From Pelagomonas calceolata (Eukaryota): DNA of 64,000 nucleotides. Numbering within the stretch: the first letter of the stretch is position 1; each line of letters begins with the position of its first letter. Under the pieces are notes generated by a model. That model made no database searches. It had not been told where the DNA came from and saw nothing but the letters and a program-made list of their open reading frames with translations. Of the stretch, positions 51,018 through 60,845 are shown one piece after another. The stretch is taken from positions 3,658,001-3,722,000 of the forward strand of contig CAKKNE010000004.1 of the NCBI GenBank assembly GCA_918797485.1. Reading direction: 5' to 3'. The position numbers and the translations under genes were made by a program.

Positions 51018-51895
51018 TACGCGGTTCGTCGTTTCTCGGCAGCGTCTGCCGCGTCGCACAGGTTGACGAGGTCGTCGAGGAAGTCGCACAGGGAGAGGTC
51101 GAGGGGCGCCCGCAGACAAGCGAGCGCGTCCTGGCTGCGCCGCCGGCGCGGACCAGCCGTCGCGGGCCGCCGTGCGACCGCGAACGTAGGCGCCCGACCG
51201 ACGGCGCCCGGGCCCGCCGTCGAGGGCCGCGCCCGTCGTTCCTGGACAGGCGAGTCCGGCGCAAAGGGAAATCGCTCCGCGAACGAGGGAATCTCCATTT
51301 CCACGAGGCGTATTCGCTGGGCCGGGTCCGGCGGCCTGACACTCGCCTCATCGGGCGCGGGCGCGACTGGGTCCGCGTCCTCGTCGTCCGAGGCCCCGTC
51401 GTCGTCGTCGGCGTCGTCCAAGTAGCCGCCTCGCGCCCGTCGCAGCGCACGGCTCACGGCTTCGGCTGTTACTGGGCGCGGCGGCCGCCCCGATTGGGGC
51501 CGATGATGTCGCGGCGGCGGCTCGTCGAAGCTGACCGTGCGTACCGCGGCGGCAGCGTCGCGCGGCGACGACTCGCGGCTGGGCGCGCGCGCGGTCGTCG
51601 CCTCGGAGAGGGCTTCGGAGCGCGCCGTCAACGGGCCTGCCGGCGGCGGGTCGATGCGGCACAGCGCCTCACGCACCAACGACTCGCTCGCCGTGAACTC
51701 CACCGATTGATCCTCGTCGTCCTCGTCGCAGAAATTGCGGTTCGCGATCTCCTGCGACGCCCGGAAGGCAGCGGGCGGTGGGAGGCGCTCCTCTTCTGCC
51801 GGGGCGGCTGCCACCAGCTCTATTGGTGCTGGTGGCGCTGGTGCTGGCACCTCTTCCTTAGGCTTTGGGGGCGCTTTTTTCCGCCACAGGACCAT
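51017..51895 (-). CDS. Hypothetical low-complexity protein
   Basis: 292-aa ATG ORF convergent with the ankyrin gene. Confidence 0.55.
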   Translation of the reverse strand: MVLWRKKAPPKPKEEVPAPAPPAPIELVAAAPAEEERLPPPAAFRASQEIANRNFCDEDDEDQSVEFTASESLVREALCRIDPPPAGPLTARSEALSEATTARAPSRESSPRDAAAAVRTVSFDEPPPRHHRPQSGRPPRPVTAEAVSRALRRARGGYLDDADDDDGASDDEDADPVAPAPDEASVRPPDPAQRIRLVEMEIPSFAERFPFAPDSPVQERRARPSTAGPGAVGRAPTFAVARRPATAGPRRRRSQDALACLRAPLDLSLCDFLDDLVNLCDAADAAEKRRTA

Positions 51896-52366
51896 TATCG
51901 ATGCGTCCGGCGGCCTACGACGCGAAGCGGCTGTCGATGGATGCGGTTTTGGCTGCCCTTTGCCGATAGATGCGGTTTTGGGCTGCCTTTACAGGCCTTT
52001 TTATGGCGCTGGCAACAACCTTGTCCCACTAGATTGTCCTACTAGCATCACTATAGCCCAATGTTTACGAAGCGTCGACGGGCGTGACTCTAGCAGTCCT
52101 TGGCTACCCCACGACAAGTCCCCGCGACAATACTAGGGCCGGTATCTTAAAGTAACTTAAGCTTTCCCCGGCCCAGACCTCGCGCCGCGCGCCAAAGCCA
52201 GCCTCGTGCGCTGCCCCGATTGCACCCGAGGGCCGAGGACACCCGTAGCAAGCTGCTGAGCGGCCAAGCGCTGCCTCAGCGACCGCGTGCGGAGTTAGCG
52301 ACTCGCCAGCTGCCCCGCCAAGCCGGGCTGCCCTCTAGACGCGTGCGAACGCGCAGCAGAGGAACG

Positions 52367-54592
52367 ATGAAGAGCACGACGACAGCACGACTCCGCGCGC
52401 GGCGCGCCCAGGCCGCCGGCGCGGCGTTAGCACTGGCGTCCGCATTGTATGCGTTCCGCGGCGGCGCCCGCCAAGCGATGAAGTTCACGCGCTTCGCCGA
52501 GGCCGAGGACGAGGACGAGGAGGACGAGGACGAGGTCGACAAGGACATTCGCTTGAAATTGGAGGGCGTTGTCATCATCGTTTCCGGGATGATCCTGCTG
52601 TCGATCGGCTTCGAGCAGGGTCGCGAGGTCCTGTTCCACCGGACGTCCGAGTCCATGCGGCCCATTTTGACGTCCATGTTTTCCGAATTGACGACGCTGG
52701 GCTTCATTTCCGTTACTTTGTTTGTCATATTTACCATACCCTGGATGGAGACTTTATCAGAATCTATTTACGGGGAGGAGGAAGGGAGCGAGCTGGACGA
52801 GCTGAGCGAGACGGTGCACATGGTGCTGTTTCTGGTCATGGTGTTATTCTTAGCTCAAGCCATTGGGTTAGTCGCGCTAGGTAATTCGATCCAGAAGCAG
52901 TGGCGGCTCTGGGAGACGTCGTCTATTAATAAGTTGCCCAGATCTATTGTGGGCTACGTCGAAGATATCTCCAGGAGGCCCTTTGCCGTCAACTTGTTCA
53001 CGCATCGCCTGCCGGTGCCGTACCGCATCCTGGTCTACAAAGCCACGCGGGATACATTTGTGAGAAACCACCTGGCCAAGACGCCGGACTTCGACTTTTC
53101 GGCCTACCTCTCAGCTTGTCTCGGGCACACGATCGCGGAGATCGTCGAAATTCCCATGAACACGTGGCTGTTCTTTGAATTACTCTTGATACTCTGCTGG
53201 GTGGCCTTCTTCAACCTCACGCAGGACTGGGGCCTGGTCATGTGGCTCGTGATAGGCTACTTCACGGGCCCGATCTTAGCTGCCGTATTACATGCCAAGA
53301 TCCGCGGCATCGTGCAAATGCACTGCGCGAACGACATAAGGGAGATCCTGAAGGCCAAGGACAAGAAGCAGATCGCCGTGTATGGTGCGACCGGTCATCA
53401 CCATGGATTGGAAGAAAATTACCACCTCAACTTCTGGTGCGGCAGTTCGACGAAGTCGGCCTTTACGTTGGACATGATCCGCGTCGTTTGTCTCGCGCAA
53501 GCGATCTACGTCGCCGTGGCAGTGACCACATACGTCCCGCAAGCCTTCGCGGCGTCGTGTGGCCCGGCCATGGCCGAGTTTCTGTGTCTGGATCCGCTGT
53601 GGGTGAAATGCACGTTCCTCGTCATTATGTTCCTGCCTCCCATCATCGTCATCACGAAGATGCCTCGTATTTTGGAAGACTTCACGGTCGCGTCCAACAT
53701 CGATACCATGGTCCACCACCGTATTCTGTCGAATGTCCAGCGCCGCTCGAAGACGGTCGCGGCGTTCGAGGCCCTCAAGGTCGTCCAATGTCTCTCGGAT
53801 ACGGCGACTCTGAGGGCGGTATTAGCCGGAGAAATGGGCGAAGGCTCGGCGGGCAACGTGTCCAAGGAGTTCAAGGAAAGGATGGCCGAGCGCAATCGTA
53901 AGCTAGCACAACTCTCGGCGTCCGGACGGAAACAGCTCGAAGCCCGACAGAAGCGCCACTGGCACCACGTCTTTGAAATCTTCGACGACGACAACTCGGG
54001 GTTCATCACGACAGATGAGTTCCGAGAACTCGTCCAGAAATTCGGCCAGACGAACGACACGAGCGTGATCGAAATACTGATCAAACACCTGGACGAGGAC
54101 GGGTCGGGCCAGATCGAGTTCAACGAATTCCTGGAATTCGGCATCGCGCTCGAGGCCTTCACGGAGTCGATGGCCGACAAGGAGGAGATGAAGGCAGGCA
54201 TGTACCGGTTGGTCGATAAAGATGACTCCGGTACGATCACGCTGGCCGAATTGTTCAAGCTACTAAATGAGGATCTGGGCATCCACGTTTCCATGGACGA
54301 CGTCTACAATATTGTGGCGGACCTCGATGAGGACGGAAATGGGGAATTGGACGAGGAGGAGTTCGCGGTCATGCTGGACCGATTGCACGTGTATGACACG
54401 TCTACACTAGATGAGGTGATTGCGGATGAATCGACAGGTGAGGGGCTGGATGCGAATACTGGGGTGACGCTCTTCGAGTCGGTGTTCGGGGTTTCCTCAA
54501 TGTTCGGCCGCGACCGGTCGGACACGGGGGGGTCCGACGACTCCGGATCGGGGAACCTCGCGGAGCACCTCCTCGACCCGCGGGCCTGCTGA
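52367..54592 (+). CDS. MLO-like multi-TM protein with four C-terminal EF-hands
   Basis: MLO-type motifs ELTTLGFIS, HMVLF, WRLWE and FDFSAYL....IVEI...W. EF loops DDDNSGFITTDEF, DEDGSGQIEFNEF, DKDDSGTITLAEL and DEDGNGELDEEEF. Confidence 0.8.
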   Translation: MKSTTTARLRARRAQAAGAALALASALYAFRGGARQAMKFTRFAEAEDEDEEDEDEVDKDIRLKLEGVVIIVSGMILLSIGFEQGREVLFHRTSESMRPILTSMFSELTTLGFISVTLFVIFTIPWMETLSESIYGEEEGSELDELSETVHMVLFLVMVLFLAQAIGLVALGNSIQKQWRLWETSSINKLPRSIVGYVEDISRRPFAVNLFTHRLPVPYRILVYKATRDTFVRNHLAKTPDFDFSAYLSACLGHTIAEIVEIPMNTWLFFELLLILCWVAFFNLTQDWGLVMWLVIGYFTGPILAAVLHAKIRGIVQMHCANDIREILKAKDKKQIAVYGATGHHHGLEENYHLNFWCGSSTKSAFTLDMIRVVCLAQAIYVAVAVTTYVPQAFAASCGPAMAEFLCLDPLWVKCTFLVIMFLPPIIVITKMPRILEDFTVASNIDTMVHHRILSNVQRRSKTVAAFEALKVVQCLSDTATLRAVLAGEMGEGSAGNVSKEFKERMAERNRKLAQLSASGRKQLEARQKRHWHHVFEIFDDDNSGFITTDEFRELVQKFGQTNDTSVIEILIKHLDEDGSGQIEFNEFLEFGIALEAFTESMADKEEMKAGMYRLVDKDDSGTITLAELFKLLNEDLGIHVSMDDVYNIVADLDEDGNGELDEEEFAVMLDRLHVYDTSTLDEVIADESTGEGLDANTGVTLFESVFGVSSMFGRDRSDTGGSDDSGSGNLAEHLLDPRAC

Positions 54593-54696
54593 GCGCCTTT
54601 GTGCGCTTTCGCTCGCGTAAATTAATTTATCAGAAACTACGCGTTACTTGTCCCTCCCCGGCCCGGGCCGGACCTTCTTGAAAATTCACACACAAC

Positions 54697-57136
54697 TTAC
54701 TTCAGAACCGAAAGGTCGGCGCACGCTGTAGGCGCTCCGGAGGCGGCGGCGTGCTTCCCGCCCTCGACAAAAGCACGGCTCCGGTTCGCCGTCCAGCCCT
54801 GCTCGAACGCTGCGCGCGCCGCGGCGATCGATCGGAACGCGGAGTCCCGGCCATGAGGCAAAATCTCTGCGCACGTCGATAGCACGTAATTTTCCGCGAG
54901 AGCTTCAACGTTGGCTTCCACCGTGGTCCGGTCGGGCGAGGCGCCGTGGCCGTCCATGAAGAGGACCGCGTCGCCGAAGGCATCCTGCAGAAGGCTCTTT
55001 GTGCGCGTCGAGCCGCTGTCCGCCGCCACGAAGATAGCGAAATCTAGCTTTTTTCCATCCGCGACGAAGGTCTCCTCCGCGGCGATCGCCTCGGCTACCG
55101 TTCGCATCCACGACTCGTCGCCCTTTTTTGTGCCCCACTCGCTCGTTCGATCCGCAGCGACGAGATGGACGCCGAGGTCGCAGGGCCGCGGAGACGACGC
55201 CAGGATCGCGCCGATCCGTTTCAGGACCGTCGCCGACGGCTTGAACAGAAAGTCCTGCAGCGCTCCGGCGTCGGCCAGCGGCGATACACCTCCCAGCCTA
55301 CACGTCGCCGCCCAGGACCAGTCGTCTTTGCTGGCGGTGCAGACCACGGACGGCGTCCAAGTCGTGTCGCCGCGATAGATGTCGAGGAGCATTTTTTGAT
55401 CCCGCGTGTCGCGGACGACCCACTGCTCTTCTGGTCCTCGACGCATGTCCTGGACGTGACCGCAGCCGCTCTTCGCGAGCAGCTGTTTCTGAACAGAAGG
55501 CGGCATCGAAAAATCGACGAGGTGCGGTTGTAGTAGATCCGTGACGCCCGCCGGGTCGCAATTTTTATCCAATATGTGGTCGCGCCCCCGACAGTTCGTC
55601 CGGCGCGGCCAGACGATCGCCAGGGCGCGGCCGGACGCCATGGCCAGCGCGAGCGTCGAGGTGATCGTGGCTATACGAGAAGCGTGGCCGTATATCCGTG
55701 CGAAGGCGACGACATACTTCCCCGCGGTGCCCTTGGACCGTTGCCTGTGCGCGAATCAATCAGGGGGTCGGGTGCACGCGTCGATGGCGTGAAGGCCATG
55801 ATTCACCAGTGGCGGAGACGCGCTGCGACAATTTGACTTATGCACTGACTGGTTGCATCTTCTGGACGCGGCTGTAGTTTTGGAGGAGAGCCGCCCAGCG
55901 GCCCGCCTTGCGCTTTTCGATGAGCGCGTCGCGGTCCTTCGCCCACCGGGCGGCCGCTTCCACGGCGTCCTCGCTGGCGGGAGGCTTCGACTCGCGCCGC
56001 GTGGCCTTCGACTCGGAGATCTGCGTGCGCCAGTAGTCGACGGTCAGGCGGCCCCAGTCGAAGCTCCGCGTGTCTGCGAGCCGGGCATCACAGCGTCGCA
56101 GCACGTCTGGGGTCAGCGCGTCCCAGGCCGGCACGAAGCACGCGGGCAGGCCGTCTAGGAGCGAAAGGGTTATGGGGGAAGAGTGCACAATAGGAACGGC
56201 GCCGAACACTAATGCTTCCCAGTGGCGGTGGCAGTCAATTTGGGAACCCGGCGGCGAGATGACGTACCTTGCCTTCAGAAGTTCTCCGACGTAGTGCTCC
56301 TCGGGCGTGCAGGGCGCTTTGTCGTTCAGCGCGCACGTCGAGTTGCGCCGGGCAATATTCTTCATGCGGTTCAGGGCCTTGAAATTGCGTTCGGCTACGT
56401 CCACGGCGGACTGACGCGCGCCAGCAATGGTCCGTCCGGCGGCATGCACATGGAAGTTCGCGTAGACGTCCACGGACCGCGGCTTGCGCTGCTTGCGCAA
56501 CAGCGCCAACCCGGCGCCGAGCGCCTCAAAACCCTTCGTCAGGCCCATCGGCATGTGTCGTAATTTCGGGTGCAAGACCCAGGCGTCGTTCTCGTGGCGA
56601 TCATGGTCCATCACGAACCACGCGCGGAGCTTGGGCGCGTCCAGCAGCCGCGCGAGCTTGTCGAAGCCGCAGGGCGGGTACTGCTTTTTCCGGAGGTAGG
56701 CGTGGTCCCAGGGGCTGCCGTGCTCCCCTACGGGATACGGGAGCGTGAGCAGCGTGAAGCCCGCGATGTCGCTGGCTTTGGCGAGGATTGGAACTAGCCG
56801 CGTTACGAACGCACAAAGCCCGTCGAACGCGCCTTGTGATGTAGCGTGCCCTAGCGGGACCCAAAGCACGGGGTTCCGCACGCCAGGCCTACGCTGCCCC
56901 GCGTATGCTTCGACGTCGCTCGCGTTTCGAAGTACCCGGGTCACGAGCGGTGCCTTCGCCCCCGGCGCGCGCACCGTGCAGCCACTGCCGTCTTGGTCAC
57001 CGCAGAACGCCCCGCCGAAGTCGTCCGAGATGACCTGGTCTGCGGTTATCGGCGGCGGCGTCGACGCGTAGCGGTAGGCGTTGCTCGCCGCGACCGCTAG
57101 CCAGGCCTGCAGCAGACTTTTGCTACTCATGCTCAT
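54697..57136 (-). CDS. Two-domain glycosyltransferase: exostosin (GT47)-like plus fucosyltransferase-like; intron 55856-55745
   Basis: YVISPPGSQIDCHRHWEALVFGAVPIV; then GHASRI..LALAMASGRALAIVW, LGVHL, IFVAADS and ALAENYVLSTC..SAF. Splicing joins the two ORFs (QKM|QRSKG). Confidence 0.75.
55745..55847. mobile_element. Diverged Introner, 103 bp; GC-AG intron 55856-55745 (112 nt) in the - strand gene
   Basis: Ends CTGTGCGCGAATCAA / TTGACTTATGCACTG. TSD ACCGTTGC vs ACTGGTTGC. Core CGCGTCGATGGCGTG present. Confidence 0.85.
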
Positions 57137-57370
57137 CCTTCGGAGTGCGGGCAGCCATAGGGCTGCATTTTTTTGTGCGCCACGCCGTACACGGATTGAT
57201 TCGGCGCAGTTCAGCGGAAAATCACCATCTGTGTCGTGCTGTCGCACGCTGTAGCATGCCTTGTAGCTCCGCACACAAAAATGCCGACACACCCGCACGA
57301 ATGCGATCCACGCGCACGCAGCGCAGAGAAAAAGACATCCGAAGCATCCAACAACGTGCAACAAAGAACA

Positions 57371-58216
57371 CTAGCTCTTATTCAGCGACCAGTCGTACTC
57401 GAAGTAGCGCACCGCGGGCGCGCCGTCGGCCGCCGCGCCGTTCGCGCGCGCGAACGCCAATGTATCATCGAAATCCGCCTCGAACCAGAGGAAGATGCGC
57501 GACAGGCGCGCGACGGCGCCGCTGCGCTCCGAGGCGAACCCTTTGGTCGGGTTCGCGAGCCACGTCCGCGTCCGGTCCGCGAGCTGGGCGTCGAGCTCCT
57601 TTCCAGTAAACGCGTAGGGCGCGAGGTCGGGGCACGACGCCGACGCGCAGACGAGGCACGCGTGGACGCGCGGCTCGGCGAAGACGAGGCGCAGCCTCTT
57701 GTGCTCGACGTCGTTGAGACTCACAACCTCGCCGCCAATGATACCAGCTCTCGAATCCCAGACGGTCTGCTGCTTCGTCGACAGATCTAAAATCGACTTG
57801 GCGGGCTTTTCATCAAGAATCTTGCCGATGCACAGGGCGTTGTACGCGTTGCAGTGGAAGGCGAAGTTCTCCTTCGGCGAGAGCTTCGCGACGTCCGCTT
57901 GGGCGAGGGACGTGACGTAGGCGTCGAATTTGGATTTATCGGCCTGGAGACCGTCATAATCGACGCGGCCGGCCTTGACGTGTTTCCGGAGGAGCGCGTC
58001 CCACGGGCCGTGGTCGAAGGTCGCGCCCGGGCCGTCGGCCAGCGGTTGGAGCTCCCCTTCGGCGGTCGACAGCGCGGGAATCTGTTTCGCGGCGACGCTC
58101 TGCTCGAGCTTGTAGTACGGCTTCGCGACGAGGGACTCCAGGCTCGTGTAGAGGTCGAGGGCGGCGCACATGGTGGTGGTGGTGAGTAAGGTCTTGAGCA
58201 GTGCGTTGCTGCGCAT
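57371..58216 (-). CDS. DUF547-family protein
   Basis: FDHGPWDALL, GRVDY, AFHCNAYNA, SLNDVEHKRLR, EPRVHACLVCASASCP, LSRIFLWF and YDWSLN. Start at 58216 or 58171. Confidence 0.88.
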   Translation of the reverse strand: MRSNALLKTLLTTTTMCAALDLYTSLESLVAKPYYKLEQSVAAKQIPALSTAEGELQPLADGPGATFDHGPWDALLRKHVKAGRVDYDGLQADKSKFDAYVTSLAQADVAKLSPKENFAFHCNAYNALCIGKILDEKPAKSILDLSTKQQTVWDSRAGIIGGEVVSLNDVEHKRLRLVFAEPRVHACLVCASASCPDLAPYAFTGKELDAQLADRTRTWLANPTKGFASERSGAVARLSRIFLWFEADFDDTLAFARANGAAADGAPAVRYFEYDWSLNKS

Positions 58217-58573
58217 TAGAGCTGTGCGTTTTGCGTCGCACGAGATCGCGCGGTGATGAGAGGCTGCGAGAGCCTCTGTGCTTTTTAGTGAGGAGGCGCG
58301 AAGGGGTTGGCTCGCTCGATGCCGCTCGATGGCGTCTATGAGAGAGAATCTCGCGCGCTGCGCTAACTGTATTTGCGATGCCTGTGGCTGCCGTAAATGC
58401 CTTGCCAAAGCTGGTCGTGATTACTAGCGTAATGAGGCACTAGCGTAATTGGCCTGTGGCGCTTTGCGACCTGTTGCACAAGTTGTGTGGGCCTCTATAA
58501 AGAGCTAGACGCCCAGCGGTCTCACGCTCGACGGCTTTCGACATTTGTTTGCAAACGTAGCGTCTGCCTTGCG

Positions 58574-59479
58574 ATGGACAGCCAAAAAGTAGCACTGGTC
58601 GCCGCTGGCGCTGCAGCCGGCGCGGCGGCGACGTATTACTATGCCACCTGTGGCACCACTGATGCCAAAGCTGCGAAGCCGCCGCCGCCACCCGCTTCCG
58701 ATGCGACCGATAATGTCATCTGTGACGAAGACGTCCAGAGAATTGTGTGCTACGGCGATTCCAATACGTGGGGCCTCGACGCGTTCAAGGGCGATGCGAT
58801 GCGCCGTTTTAAGCACCCTTGGCCGCGCGTCCTAGCGAGGAAGTTGGGCCCGGGCTACGACGTCGTCTCCGAAGGATTGAATGGCAGGACGACGATCGTC
58901 GACGACCCGTTCATGGCCGAGTATGAAGTAAACGGTCGGCGCACGCTGCCGCCGATCCTCCACAGCCACAAACCGATCGACGTGCTGGTGATCATGCTGG
59001 GGACGAACGACCTGAAGAAGCATCTGAACCTGAGCCCGCAGCTCATCGCTCGCGGTGCGGCGACGCTGGCGAGCGACGCGCTGCGCATGGACGTCTGGCG
59101 AAGCACGCCTCGGGTCCTCCTCGTCTGCCCGCTCAATATCCGACAGCCACCGCCGTCGTGCCGCTTCGCGTACAGTTTTGACGGCGGCGCGGCGAAGGCC
59201 CCGGCCTGTGCGAAACACTACCGGGCCGAAGCTGACGCGCTCGGCGTCGCGTTCCTCGACGCCAACGAGGCGACGCAGATCCCGGACCCGCGGCACGGTG
59301 GTGATGGTATTCACCTATCGGCCCAGAATTGCGCGGACTTAGGTGGTGCCGTCGCGGCGAAGGTCCAGGAGATGCTTACGGGGAGCTTCGACGAGACGGC
59401 GCACGACACGAGGCCTATCGCCGAGTACTCGTCCCTGCCCGTCGCCGACGGGAAGTCGCCGCGGATTTCGCAGAAGTAA
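58574..59479 (+). CDS. SGNH/GDSL hydrolase (arylesterase/acyltransferase-like)
   Basis: CYGDSNTWG, EGLNGRT, MLGTND and DGIH. Confidence 0.92.
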   Translation: MDSQKVALVAAGAAAGAAATYYYATCGTTDAKAAKPPPPPASDATDNVICDEDVQRIVCYGDSNTWGLDAFKGDAMRRFKHPWPRVLARKLGPGYDVVSEGLNGRTTIVDDPFMAEYEVNGRRTLPPILHSHKPIDVLVIMLGTNDLKKHLNLSPQLIARGAATLASDALRMDVWRSTPRVLLVCPLNIRQPPPSCRFAYSFDGGAAKAPACAKHYRAEADALGVAFLDANEATQIPDPRHGGDGIHLSAQNCADLGGAVAAKVQEMLTGSFDETAHDTRPIAEYSSLPVADGKSPRISQK

Positions 59480-59498
59480 ATGTGCACATTGTTAAAAT

Positions 59499-60845
59499 TT
59501 ACCCTCCCGAGAGCGTCGGCCGCACACTTCGAAGCTTTGTGCACGCGCCGCAGTCCGAATCACAAGTGTAGTTGTAGCCCAGGCCGACGTCCGAGACCCG
59601 GTGCGACACCTTATCGACGGACACGCGCTCCCACACCGAGTCGGGCGCCTCGGACCGCGTGAAGTTGGCGTGGAGCCAGACCTGGTTGACGTCCGACCCG
59701 CGCCACGTCGCGTCGCGCGTATAGCCTCTATCCTCAAGTAAATCGGCGAGGGCGTCTCCTTTCACCTTGTTCCACTCGACGATGAGAACCTGTGTGGAAA
59801 TCAACCAGTGCGTCGGGTGCACCGATAATTCTTCACTAAGTCATTTCTCGGTGACGACGCGGCCGTGCTGGCTCCGTCGAGCGGCGAGGAATCGGCATCG
59901 CCACGCCATCGAGCAGGCATCGCGTCGACGGCGTGGAGGACGACGCGATGATTCAGCACGAACGCGCCGTACAATTTTGATTTCGACACAGATGAGGACG
60001 TCGACGTGGACATGCCTCCAGTCGAAGGACTGGAGAATGTCGAACTCGGACCCCTCCACGTCGATGCTCGCGAGGTCGTAGCGCTCGATGCCGGCGGCGG
60101 CCGTCACGTCCTCGAAGGGCACGCAGGTCGCCCGGGTCATGCCGATCATGCCCGCCGGCGACTGCGGCGCGAAGACGCGGCCCGAGCCGGGCGCCTGGCC
60201 CCGCGCCCGTCCAAAAAGTACGGACCCGCCGCCGCGGCAGACCGCGGCCTTGACCCGGGTCGCCTTGCGGCGGTGCCGCACGCACTCGTCGAAGAGGCGC
60301 GGGTTTGCTTCCACCAGGAGCCCCGTCCAGCCGTACGTCTCCTCGAACAGTAATGTGTTCGACATCCACACACCGTTGTACGCGCCGATCTCCAGATATG
60401 TGCCACTTCGTTTGTTCCAGAAGTAGCTCCGGAGGAGCTCCTGGTCCTCGTTGAGCTGCGAGTAGCTCCGCAAGCGCATCGGGAACTTGTCGCTCCCACA
60501 CAGCGGCGCCGCGTTGCGGCTCGGCGGCACGAAGGCCGCGTGGTGATGTCGCAGGCGCTGCCGCGCGGCGCGCTGGCGCCGCAGCGGGTCCCATTCGGCG
60601 TCCTCGGCTCGTTGCGCCGCCTGGTTCCTAATAACAATGTTGTCGTGGCGCTGCTGCGCGCGCTCCTTGCTGCTCAGCGTCACGTGGAGCGGCTTGCCTT
60701 CCTTGCTCTTGAGGGTCACGTGGGGCAGCTCCTTGCTATTGTGCTCGTTGCCGCGGCCCTTCTTGTGCGCTCCTTGCTCGTTGGTGCTCTTGGATGCCCC
60801 GTCTGCATTGTAATAAAGCAGCCACAGGAGGCTGGCATGCCTCAT
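59499..60845 (-). CDS. FkbM-family (Methyltransf_21) methyltransferase; intron 59999-59790
   Basis: YSQ, YLEIGAYNG..SNT, WTGLLVEAN and SIDVEGSE. The splice gives HVD|VLIVEWN. Confidence 0.9.
59790..59991. mobile_element. Introner element, 202 bp; GT-AG intron 59999-59790 (210 nt) in the - strand gene
   Basis: TIRs CTGTGTGGAAATCAA / TTGATTTCGACACAG. TSD ATGAGAAC vs ATGAGGAC (7/8). Colinear with 4836-5037. Confidence 0.96.

Noticed and set aside
4836..59991. Recurrent peptide RHAIEQASRRWRGGRRDDSAR...ISAQ/ISTQV as a new protein domain
   Set aside because: It is the translation of Introner DNA, and appears on both strands and in different frames.
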